Under the pieces are notes generated by a model. It made no database searches. It was not told the DNA's origin and saw nothing but the letters and a program-made list of their open reading frames with translations. Source: Capnocytophaga stomatis (lineage in GTDB: Bacteria; Bacteroidota; Bacteroidia; Flavobacteriales; Flavobacteriaceae). From it: 64,000 bases of DNA. The number at the start of each line of letters is the position of its first letter. Position 1 is the first letter of the stretch. The position numbers and the translations under genes were made by a program. Below, piece after piece: positions 50,826 through 59,095 of the stretch. The stretch lies in assembly GCF_045110935.1 (NCBI RefSeq), contig NZ_JBJGWJ010000009.1. The stretch is one strand, 5' to 3'.

Positions 50826-51827
50826 ATGAGCATACGTAACATTTTTAGTAATCAGCTTTCTGCTGTCATTGAGTGGAAAAATCCACAAGCGAACGTGATT
50901 TGGTGGAAATATCCGTCAAAACGCGATGAAATTATCAACGCTTCTAAACTCATTGTCGCTCCCTCGCAGGGCTGTGCCTTGGTGTATGAAGGGTCGTTGG
51001 TGGAAATCATTGAAGATGAGGGGATTTACAACCTAAAAACCGACAATCATCCGTTCATTACCACGCTTGTCAATCTGCGTCAGAATTTTGAAAGTGAGCA
51101 TAAACTCAAAATTTATTTTTTCCGTAAGGCACAGATTCTGAGTCAGCGGTGGGGAACGCCCAACCCCATTAAATTCATCGACAGCACCTATAAAATTCCT
51201 GTGGAATTGGGGCTAAACGGTAATTTTTCGTATAAAATCGCCAATCCGAAGTATTTTTATACCGAAATTATTGGCGAAACGGACGAATTTCTGTCCGAAA
51301 CAATGAGCGAAACCATCGCCGAACGTATTCCACAGCTTATCGCCCAAATCATTCACGAAAAGAAATATTCCTACATTGAAATAGACGGAAAAATTCACGA
51401 CATCGCCCGTGATATATCCTTGAAAATCAATGATGAATATCAAAAATTAGGACTGGAGCTTACCGATTTTCGCATCGTAGGAACGCAATTTGATGAGGCT
51501 ACCCAAGAGCGTATCGGTCGTGTTGCCGACGTGGCTGCCGATGTACAAGCCGCCAAAGAAGCGGGGCTGGATTATGTGGAGCTGGAAAAACTTCGTGCTT
51601 TACGCGATGCGGCTCGTAATGAGGGCGGACTGGCTGGGGCTGGACTGCAATTTGGGGTGGGAATGGAAATCGGCAAAAAGTTCAACGAACAAACCGACAC
51701 CATTCTTGCCACAGGCAATGCCGATGCCAGCGAAAAACTTCGCAAACTCAAAATCCTACTTGATGAAAACATCATCACGGCAGAAGATTTTGAGCTTAAA
51801 AAACAAGAGATTTTAAGGAAGATGTAG
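50826..51827 (+). CDS. SPFH/band-7 domain protein with a SHOCT-like C-terminal tail
   Basis: 333 aa. The N-terminus is …LSAVIEWKNPQANVIWWKYPSKRDEIINASKLIV… and the C-terminus is …ITAEDFELKKQEILRKM. Confidence 0.65.
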   Translation: MSIRNIFSNQLSAVIEWKNPQANVIWWKYPSKRDEIINASKLIVAPSQGCALVYEGSLVEIIEDEGIYNLKTDNHPFITTLVNLRQNFESEHKLKIYFFRKAQILSQRWGTPNPIKFIDSTYKIPVELGLNGNFSYKIANPKYFYTEIIGETDEFLSETMSETIAERIPQLIAQIIHEKKYSYIEIDGKIHDIARDISLKINDEYQKLGLELTDFRIVGTQFDEATQERIGRVADVAADVQAAKEAGLDYVELEKLRALRDAARNEGGLAGAGLQFGVGMEIGKKFNEQTDTILATGNADASEKLRKLKILLDENIITAEDFELKKQEILRKM

Positions 51828-51838
51828 GTTAATTTTTT

Positions 51839-51916
51839 GTCAGGCTGAGCAAAGTCGCAAAAGCGAGTATGTGCATCGAAGCCCAATTACAAGGCTTCGA
51901 CTTCGCTCAGCCTGAC
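51839..51916. other. Large GC-rich nested hairpin (19-bp imperfect inverted repeat with an inner 8-bp hairpin)
   Basis: GTCAGGCTGAGCAAAGTCG …40 nt… CGACTTCGCTCAGCCTGAC has one mismatch. The loop contains TCGAAGCC…GGCTTCGA. The element sits 12 nt after the SPFH stop. Confidence 0.5.
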
Positions 51917-51985
51917 AGACAGCTTTGATTTTCAAACAAACTCAAACCATTTTTAAACCATTTTCAAACTAAATATTATAGAAAG

Positions 51986-52234
51986 ATGAAATACATTATC
52001 GGAATCATATTTACGCTAATAGTTTTAGCCATTACGACCTATTTTTTAGCCGATTTATGGGAATACGACACCCTAATCACGCCCGAACAACTTAAAAAAA
52101 GTGCCATTACCGTGATGATAGTGGGCGTAGTCTCGGTTTTGCTGTTGATTTTCGTGCCGTTTTTCTTTAAAAACAACGCCAAAGGCTATGATGAAAATCA
52201 GGGCGGGGTTGTGCAGCCGAAGAAAAAGCAGTAG
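51986..52234 (+). CDS. Hypothetical small two-TM membrane protein (82 aa)
   Basis: Open frame with two hydrophobic helices. A terminator follows it. Confidence 0.4.
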   Translation: MKYIIGIIFTLIVLAITTYFLADLWEYDTLITPEQLKKSAITVMIVGVVSVLLLIFVPFFFKNNAKGYDENQGGVVQPKKKQ

Positions 52235-52310
52235 AAAGAGAAATATTGTCTCTTTAACAGGACATAGTTATGTTATTAAAGAGACTTTAAACCAAGTAAA
52301 ACGATTTAAT

Positions 52311-52348
52311 GGAGCAACATCAAATTTTGAGGTGTTGCTCCTTTTTTT
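52311..52348 (+). terminator. Rho-independent terminator
   Basis: A 9-bp stem (GGAGCAACA/TGTTGCTCC) followed by TTTTTTTGATTTTT. Confidence 0.55.
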
Positions 52349-52475
52349 GATTTTTCTCTGCTTGAATAAGCTGTGTTTGGTAATGTTTTCTAAAAAAAGC
52401 TTTGTAGGAATAAAAAAGTTGGAAGAGGGTAATTAAAGTGAAAAATTTCGGTTTTTACTCTATTTTAAATAAGCA

Positions 52476-54002
52476 CTAAGGTTTTATAAGCATATTAACT
52501 TTATTCCAATGTCTTTTCAATTGATTTTTTATTTTATTGTTAATCATTTTAGAAGAAGCTTTATTAACATAAGTCAAAAAATTTCCATAGTTATAACTAT
52601 CATAAGCTTTAAAAGATTTAGTATTTTCATCCCACAGTCTTTTTCTGGTTCTTTTTGCTCCTCTGTATGTAAATTTCTTTAAGATTCTGCGTTTAAAAAT
52701 TTCTTTTTTATGTATTTTAGAGAAATATTTAGCTCTACGAATATGCCTTTTCAACTTCCTGTAATATCCTGAAATACTTGAGTTTTTTAATAAAACAGAA
52801 TTACCATTAAACTCAAAACCTAAGTAAATAAAATTTTTATTCCAATTAGTTAAATTTTTAAATACCTGACCACATTTTAAAAAATTATCTTCTCTAACAA
52901 ATTCAAAAATCTGAGTTTTAGAATCTTGTATTTCTAATTTGTATTCGGAAATTTGATTTTGTATCAATTGTATAATATTATTCCTATTTCCTTTTGGTAA
53001 GATTATCACAATATCATCAGAATATCTCTTATAAAAACCATTTTGCTTAGTCACATATTCGTTAATGATTTTATCAAAATCTATCAAGTATATGTTTGCC
53101 AAAGTAGAACTTATTGGAGAGCCTTGAGGAATACCAAAATCTCGTTTTATAGTAGAACCATCTTTTTGTTTTATTGTTTTATTAGGTTTGATTAATTTAT
53201 GTTTAATTTTTAAAAAATCGGCTTTGTTACAAAATGCAATTGCATTTTGATTTCTCATAAATTTTAATTTGGCAACCTTCCGCTTTTTAACTTCAAGCTT
53301 TTCTCCTTTAGCATTTGTCTTTTGAGTTAAAATATTATCTTTAAACTCTTCAAAAAGGTCAACTATATCTATGTAGCTAAATCTGGTGATATTTTTAAAA
53401 ATATTGAAGTGGTCACTTGGTAGTCTTTCAACATCCAAAATTTTGCCCCACTTTTCTAATAGAATTTTATGATTTAAATTATCAAAATAACTTGTAATAT
53501 CAAATGCAATTACGTCAAATTCGGAGTGAGGAAAATTGTAAATTATTTCAAATACATCATTTGCGAAATCAATATTACACTTACACGGTGAATTGGATGC
53601 TGAGGATATTGGTATACTTCTATATGCTAAAACAACATCATTTAGATTGTTGTTTTTTATAAAGTATTCATATTTCAAAGATAATTTTTGAGAATAATAA
53701 CTGTATATAAGAGAATCTAAATGCGAGGCATAAAACAACTCTCGTTTCTTTTTGTCGGCAACCCTAATAGGATTCCCCTTTTCATTCAGAGAAATACAAT
53801 TACCACAACAAGGACAATATTTTTTTCTAAATTTTCTGACTAAGGATGTTTTATGGATGAAAGGTAAGAAAGAATGTTGGGAAATTTTTTCCTCATTACG
53901 AATATAAGCCTCAATTTTATTTCTGTCTGAAACACTTATTGGAGTATCTATATGAGGATATTTCTTTGTTTTGAACCAATCTTTTTTCTTTTTTTGAATC
54001 AT
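52476..54002 (-). CDS. Stand-alone reverse transcriptase (retron/Abi/DRT-like, about 508 aa from the first ATG)
   Basis: RT motifs are R-x8-D (KKKRELFYASHLDSLIY), motif A (AFDITSYFDNLNH), motif B' (GIPQGSPISSTLANIYL), motif C (YSDDIVI) and motif E (LGFEF). A long insert separates motifs A and B'. The C-terminal tail is basic. There is no endonuclease or maturase domain. The ORF track starts at a TTG at 54035; the first ATG is at 54002. Confidence 0.8.
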   Translation of the reverse strand: MIQKKKKDWFKTKKYPHIDTPISVSDRNKIEAYIRNEEKISQHSFLPFIHKTSLVRKFRKKYCPCCGNCISLNEKGNPIRVADKKKRELFYASHLDSLIYSYYSQKLSLKYEYFIKNNNLNDVVLAYRSIPISSASNSPCKCNIDFANDVFEIIYNFPHSEFDVIAFDITSYFDNLNHKILLEKWGKILDVERLPSDHFNIFKNITRFSYIDIVDLFEEFKDNILTQKTNAKGEKLEVKKRKVAKLKFMRNQNAIAFCNKADFLKIKHKLIKPNKTIKQKDGSTIKRDFGIPQGSPISSTLANIYLIDFDKIINEYVTKQNGFYKRYSDDIVIILPKGNRNNIIQLIQNQISEYKLEIQDSKTQIFEFVREDNFLKCGQVFKNLTNWNKNFIYLGFEFNGNSVLLKNSSISGYYRKLKRHIRRAKYFSKIHKKEIFKRRILKKFTYRGAKRTRKRLWDENTKSFKAYDSYNYGNFLTYVNKASSKMINNKIKNQLKRHWNKVNMLIKP

Positions 54003-54019
54003 AATACCATAAAAAAAAA

Positions 54020-54365
54020 GAGTAGTGGAGCCCAATGCGAAGCAGTGCCTTTTAGAAATAAATTTCCTGAATTATGTATGCTACACCGACATTAAAATGC
54101 CGCTCCGACTCAGTATGGGAACCAAAATATTGTTATTATATTTGTATTTCTATTTCTATTCTAACAGTATGAACAAATACAAATACTCTAACCTAGAAGT
54201 CCTCACAGAAGTTATTATACCTCTGTTTGAGCTAGTTACATCTCTTGGATTGACAAATAATCTCTCCTTGATTTGCATATTTGAAATACTCCCTCCCCTA
54301 TAGTTTTTCTTTCGAGCATATAGGGCTCTTAACCATAAAACACATAATTCGGCTCTCCACTACTC
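54020..54365 (-). ncRNA. Candidate RT-associated structured ncRNA (retron msr/msd-like or DRT template RNA) bounded by inverted repeats
   Basis: Inverted repeats GAGTAGTGGAGCC (54020-54032) and GGCTCTCCACTACTC (54351-54365) match at 13 of 15 positions. They bracket 318 nt of non-coding sequence immediately upstream of the RT ATG. The region is GC-richer than the surrounding DNA. Internal stems include an 11-bp stem (54139-54149 / 54175-54185). Confidence 0.35.
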
Positions 54366-54507
54366 AATATAAGTTTATCGCCTACAAAATTACAAAAAAA
54401 TCCATTTTCTCATAAACTTTTCGTTCCTTTCTCACGCTACTAATTAAATTTAGGATTCCAAAACCATTCAAAACTTGATACCTTTGCAAAAAAATAACTA
54501 ATCGAAA

Positions 54508-55050
54508 ATGAATCTCCATACGATTTTTACGGAAAACTTTTCCTTCGGAAAGGAAATCGTTATCCCAAGAGGAGCGTTTTTAAAAACGCCCGATACGAAA
54601 GATACGCACATTTATCTTGTGAAAGAAGGGAGTTTGAAAATCGGATTTTTTACTGAAAATGAAGAGAAAATACTAAGGTTTGGGTACGAGAATGATGTAA
54701 TCACGGCATTGGATTCTTTTATTATGGAGCAGAAATCCAAATTGTATATTCAGGCAATCAAAAAGTGTCGTTTGGCGGTGGTTTCCAAATCGGAATTTAT
54801 GGCATTTGCACAAAAATCTTCTGAAAACTTGTGGATTTATACCAAAATTTTAGAAAAACTACTTGTTGACCAATTGGAACGCGAACAAGATTTGCTCTTA
54901 CCCTCGCCCAGAGAACGCTACCAGCGAATTTTGAAACGCAACCCCCAACTTTTTCAGCAAATTCCGCACAGGCACATCGCCGTGTATTTGGGAATGACCG
55001 AAGAGACGCTTTCCAGACTCAAAAAAACATTGACGCCAATCAAGATTTAG
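54508..55050 (+). CDS. Crp/Fnr-family transcriptional regulator
   Basis: 180 aa with a cNMP-binding-like domain and a C-terminal HTH (…HRHIAVYLGMTEETLSRLKK). Confidence 0.7.
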   Translation: MNLHTIFTENFSFGKEIVIPRGAFLKTPDTKDTHIYLVKEGSLKIGFFTENEEKILRFGYENDVITALDSFIMEQKSKLYIQAIKKCRLAVVSKSEFMAFAQKSSENLWIYTKILEKLLVDQLEREQDLLLPSPRERYQRILKRNPQLFQQIPHRHIAVYLGMTEETLSRLKKTLTPIKI

Positions 55051-55060
55051 CACCTCCATT

Positions 55061-55630
55061 TTGCTGACCTTTGCCCCAAAAAAGATGGACAGAAAACAAT
55101 TGTTAGACACGCTTACCCAAATAACGCTGGAAAATAAAACCTTTGCAGAAGCACTGCTACTAAAATCCGAAATAGAACTCAGCAATAGCCCCAGTGATGA
55201 TAGTTGGAGTATTTTGGAATGTATCGAACACCTGAATTTGTACGGAAATTTTTATCTGCCCGAAATAGCTTCGTGTATAGCAAAAGCCGATAAAAGCAAT
55301 TGTAATCTGTTCAAAAGCGGATTTTTAGGCAATTATTTTGTGAAACTTATTCAGCCCAAACCTCGACTCAACAAAATGAAAACCGCTGCTAAAATGAATC
55401 CCAAAGGGCGTAGGCTCACAAAAAATTGTTTGGAGGTTTTTATCCGTCAGCAAAATCAACTCCTTGATTTACTACAAAAAGCCCACACTACGGATTTGAC
55501 TCAACTAAAAACCAAAATTTCCATTTCCAGATTCCTCCGACTTCGCTTGGGTGATACTTTGCAATTTATGGTTTACCACAATCAGCGACATATAGAGCAG
55601 GTGCGGAGTATAATGACTTCAAAGCTATAG
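55061..55630 (+). CDS. DinB/YfiT-like putative metal-dependent four-helix-bundle protein
   Basis: 189 aa with spaced His residues (IEHLNLY…, MVYHNQRHIEQV), as in the DinB_2 family. Only the pattern supports this call. Confidence 0.45.
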   Translation: MLTFAPKKMDRKQLLDTLTQITLENKTFAEALLLKSEIELSNSPSDDSWSILECIEHLNLYGNFYLPEIASCIAKADKSNCNLFKSGFLGNYFVKLIQPKPRLNKMKTAAKMNPKGRRLTKNCLEVFIRQQNQLLDLLQKAHTTDLTQLKTKISISRFLRLRLGDTLQFMVYHNQRHIEQVRSIMTSKL

Positions 55631-55849
55631 AATAACGGCACAGTCAAAGAGTAACATCGTGATTTGAAAGGTGTATAACCTTATCGTGTTTTCGTAACGA
55701 AATGATAAAACCATTGTATCGAAAACTCCCGACACGAAACCGCAGCAGATACCCACAAGTAAAAAGCTCTATATAAGGCTTCGGTAAGGAAAGATAAGAA
55801 CATCAGTGCCTACAACATCACTGTTGCTGACCTGTTAAATACTCATACC

Positions 55850-55920
55850 GAAATGCAGAAAATAAAATATATTTTTAAGGTTATGGATTATTTTATAAAA
55901 TTTTATTTTTAATAAATTGT
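55850..55920 (+). repeat. Copy A of a direct repeat of about 70 nt (partner at 57520-57590)
   Basis: GAAATGCAGAAAATAAAATATATTTTTAAGGTTATGGATTATTTTATAAAATTTTATTTTTAATAAATTG is about 85% identical to copy B. Confidence 0.55.
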
Positions 55921-55941
55921 CGAAAATAACACATAAAACAT

Positions 55942-55968
55942 AAAGGACTGCTATAGATGCAGTCCTTT
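55942..55968. terminator. Bidirectional rho-independent terminator downstream of the tlpA-like gene
   Basis: A 10-bp stem (AAAGGACTGC/GCAGTCCTTT) with a 7-nt loop. T-runs sit on both sides. Confidence 0.6.
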
Positions 55969-55977
55969 GTGGTTTTA

Positions 55978-57351
55978 TTAAATTCCGTTCTCGGTAAGTA
56001 GCTCGATGAGCTCAGGGTCAGAAGGACGTGGAGCGTCGGCACTGATAATGTTTCCTTCTGTGTCAAGTAATATAAATTGCGGAATTCCCGTAATTGCATA
56101 ATCCTTAACAAAATCTGTCTCCCAAGCATTATCGGCAAAGAGTTGTATGCCTACCAATTCTTTTTCTGTTACAAAGTTTCTCCATTTCTCGTGATTTTTC
56201 TTATTATCTACCGAAATGCTTACAAACTCAATATTTTTACCGTGATATTTTTTCTCAATTTCTTTCAAGTGTGGAATCTCTTCGATACAAGGTCCGCACC
56301 AAGTTGCCCAAACATCAATGTACACGAACTTTCCTTTTAGGTCAGCCAGAGCCGTTTTTCCTCCTTTGTGATTCTCAAAATTGAAAGTAGGCGAAGGATT
56401 TCCTTTTTGTAAAGCCTTAACTTTATTGTATTTTTCAGTGAATTTTTCTTTCATTTTACTATCGCTTACGTTAGCCATAAGCTCACTATATACCTTTTCA
56501 GTTACCGTACTTCCTGGTGAAATGTGAAACTCCAAATGCCTTTTTGCAATTGCATTACGAACGTTGTCACTTTTTATCTTTTTAAAATTATCCAAAGCTA
56601 TGTCTACATACTTTTCTTCATCGTGTTTATTGCCGAATTGCTGTTGATAAGCATCGTTATTGTTTTTTTCAAACAACTCTTTCACCAAATCTCGGTAAAT
56701 TCTTGAAAAACGAAAATCTTCAGCATTATCAAAGTCGGTTGTGTTTAACTTAGGAAAACTTTCCGAAACTTTAAAGTCTATCTGTTTTGTAAAGAAAGCG
56801 TGATATTCTTGGTATCGACTCAAAAGGAAATCAGCTTCGTAAGCTATGTTTTTTTTCTCCAAAACTTTAAATCCTTCTACACTGAAAGTAGTTTTATCGA
56901 GTAATTCTTTTTGCTTTGTGCTAAGCTCATTTACTTTTGCTACAAAATCTTGTTCTTCAAGCTTATATAACTCATACACATCTTCACCCAAAACATCTTC
57001 TGAAAGTTTAAATTTACTTAGAAGATAATTGTTTTCGGCAATTAAATCTCCTGAAATTTTACTCTGCTCTGGATTTTCAAAGTCTAACTCAATATTCAAA
57101 TTTTTACCTTTTTGCAAGTAAATATCTGTACGAGCAAGGGTATAACCTCCGTTGTGTGCCAACATTAGTGTATCGTTAAATGACTTATCGGCATTAAGCG
57201 GAATTTCTTTTTCAAAACCATCACCAATCAGTATGATTTCTTCATAATCATAATTACTTACCTTACCAGAAAGTATAGTATATTCTGGTGTTTTTTCGGT
57301 ACAAGAAGCCAACAAGGCACATCCTAATACGGGAATAATAAATCTTTTCAT
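55978..57351 (-). CDS. TlpA-like thioredoxin-domain lipoprotein (periplasmic thiol:disulfide oxidoreductase)
   Basis: 457 aa with a lipobox (LGCALLASCTEK). The C-terminal thioredoxin domain has a WCGPC motif (YIDVWATWCGPCIEEIP). It is the last gene of the nos gene string. Confidence 0.75.
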   Translation of the reverse strand: MKRFIIPVLGCALLASCTEKTPEYTILSGKVSNYDYEEIILIGDGFEKEIPLNADKSFNDTLMLAHNGGYTLARTDIYLQKGKNLNIELDFENPEQSKISGDLIAENNYLLSKFKLSEDVLGEDVYELYKLEEQDFVAKVNELSTKQKELLDKTTFSVEGFKVLEKKNIAYEADFLLSRYQEYHAFFTKQIDFKVSESFPKLNTTDFDNAEDFRFSRIYRDLVKELFEKNNNDAYQQQFGNKHDEEKYVDIALDNFKKIKSDNVRNAIAKRHLEFHISPGSTVTEKVYSELMANVSDSKMKEKFTEKYNKVKALQKGNPSPTFNFENHKGGKTALADLKGKFVYIDVWATWCGPCIEEIPHLKEIEKKYHGKNIEFVSISVDNKKNHEKWRNFVTEKELVGIQLFADNAWETDFVKDYAITGIPQFILLDTEGNIISADAPRPSDPELIELLTENGI

Positions 57352-57519
57352 AAAATAATAAAATTCGTTAATATTGCAAAAATAAAAAATTTTTTAAAAG
57401 TATTATTTTTTGAGTTTATTATTTATCCTCTTGTCTTGAAGCATAATATGAGAAAACAGAAGTACTATAACGAAAAAACGCCTTAAAGGCGTTTTTCATT
57501 TTTTTAAGAATTTCATAAA

Positions 57520-57590
57520 GAAATACAGAAAATAAAAATATATTTTTAGGTTATAGATTATCTTACAAAACCTTATTTTTAAAAATTTCC
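57520..57590 (+). repeat. Copy B of the direct repeat of about 70 nt (partner at 55850-55920)
   Basis: GAAATACAGAAAATAAAAATATATTTTTAGGTTATAGATTATCTTACAAAACCTTATTTTTAAAAATTTC. Confidence 0.55.
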
Positions 57591-57595
57591 TCGCA

Positions 57596-58378
57596 TCAAA
57601 AATCTTTTTTCTTTGCTTTACGATTGATGAAAAACAACAGCCCCATAATCCAAGTCAGAAGCATTGCCATTGAAGCCCAAAGCCCTAATTTTGAACCGAA
57701 AAAACTCTTGAAAATAGCCCCCGTGTAACCCATAAGTGCCGAAATATCCAACTTTAAAAGAATCAGTATCCTTGATAAATCAATCGGGTTGAAGAATGTA
57801 GCTATTAGCGAATATCTTTCAAGCGGATATTCCTGAAAAATAAGCAACGAAATCAGAAAAATACCATCGTAAATCACTGCCATAAAAAGCCATAAAAGAA
57901 TTGAAAAACTAAATCCTTTTATTTTATTTTCATTGTGCAGAGCTATCAAATATGAAAAGCCAACGAAGATAAAATTCAGGAAAATCCCCGTGATTATCAG
58001 CATCAAAAAGTTAAAAATTTCTCCCGAAAGCAAAACACCATATAACAAAAACGGTATTCCCATTCCGAAAAGCAAACTAAGACTTAAAGACAATGCAATC
58101 CCAATGTATTGCCCTACGAAAAGCGTGGTTCGCCTTAGTGGTTGTGCCAATAAAAGCTCAATGAACTCTCGTGAATTGTAGTAGTACATCACTCCGAATA
58201 TCGTAGCAATAAGCGGAATGAGAATAGTTACAATATTCATAAAAGTAATGATAGATTTGGCAACATCATTACTTAAAAAAAGTAAAATGCTACTAAGCAA
58301 GAGATAAAATCCTAAGTAAAAATACGACCAACTGCTACGCATCAGGTCAAAAAATGTATATCGAATAATCTTAATCAT
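57596..58378 (-). CDS. nosY: ABC-2 type permease NosY
   Basis: 260 aa with six TM helices. It overlaps nosF by 8 nt, in nos-cluster context. Confidence 0.8.
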   Translation of the reverse strand: MIKIIRYTFFDLMRSSWSYFYLGFYLLLSSILLFLSNDVAKSIITFMNIVTILIPLIATIFGVMYYYNSREFIELLLAQPLRRTTLFVGQYIGIALSLSLSLLFGMGIPFLLYGVLLSGEIFNFLMLIITGIFLNFIFVGFSYLIALHNENKIKGFSFSILLWLFMAVIYDGIFLISLLIFQEYPLERYSLIATFFNPIDLSRILILLKLDISALMGYTGAIFKSFFGSKLGLWASMAMLLTWIMGLLFFINRKAKKKDF

Positions 58379-59081
58379 ACGCTTGTTCTTTAAGTAATTG
58401 AGCTATGGCTTCCTGAAAATCTGTTTTTTGGGTTTTGTTGATGAGTTCGGTAATTGTTCCTCTGAAATAAATATTTCCTTCAAGAATAAAAAGTACCTCA
58501 TCGGAAAGTTCTTCTATGAAACTCAAAATGTGTGAAGTCATCAAAATGGTTTTGCCTTTCTGCTTTTCTTTTATAATCAATTTTTTGAGTTCCAGCGTGG
58601 CGATGGGGTCTAATCCAGAAGTAGGTTCGTCAAGTACAATACACGGAGTATCAGCCATAAAGGTAAGCACGATGTTTACCTTCTGTTTTGTTCCGCCGGA
58701 GAGATTTCCTAACTTTTTTTCCAGATGTTTTTCCAAATTGAACACCTCGATTAGCTCTTTATCATTGCAATTTTCGCCTTTTAGTTGCTTGATGAGCTTA
58801 ATGAGTTCTTTAACTTTCAGATTATTCGGAAAGTTCGCAATTTGAGGTAGATATGCTATTTGTTGGCGATAATCCCACTTATTTTTTATGGTTTTTCCTT
58901 GAAATTTAATATCGCCATCGGTAGGGATTACCATTCCGAGAAGGCTTTTTATCAAGGTTGTTTTCCCTGAACCATTGGGACCTAATATGGCAAAGATTCC
59001 GTTGCCTTCTATGGCGAAATCAATGCCTTTTAGTACGTGCAATTTGTCAAATTTTTTATGTACGTTGCTAAATTCTATCAT
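58371..59081 (-). CDS. nosF: ABC transporter ATP-binding protein NosF
   Basis: 236 aa with Walker A (GPNGSGKT), an ABC signature (LSGGTKQK) and Walker B (ILDEPTSGLD). Confidence 0.85.
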   Translation of the reverse strand: MIEFSNVHKKFDKLHVLKGIDFAIEGNGIFAILGPNGSGKTTLIKSLLGMVIPTDGDIKFQGKTIKNKWDYRQQIAYLPQIANFPNNLKVKELIKLIKQLKGENCNDKELIEVFNLEKHLEKKLGNLSGGTKQKVNIVLTFMADTPCIVLDEPTSGLDPIATLELKKLIIKEKQKGKTILMTSHILSFIEELSDEVLFILEGNIYFRGTITELINKTQKTDFQEAIAQLLKEQAYD

Positions 59082-59095
59082 AGTATATATTCACT

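Noticed and set aside
52476-54035. Group II intron or diversity-generating retroelement as the origin of the RT
   Set aside because: No domain V-like RNA motif, maturase or endonuclease domain is present, so it is not a group II intron. No adjacent target gene with an obvious VR/TR repeat pair was seen, though I could not run an exhaustive repeat search by eye.
55640-55850. GC-richer 200-nt non-coding stretch after the DinB-like gene that might be a tRNA or sRNA
   Set aside because: No cloverleaf, T-loop (GTTCRANYC) or other conserved RNA signature could be folded by eye. Only short 5-bp hairpins are present.
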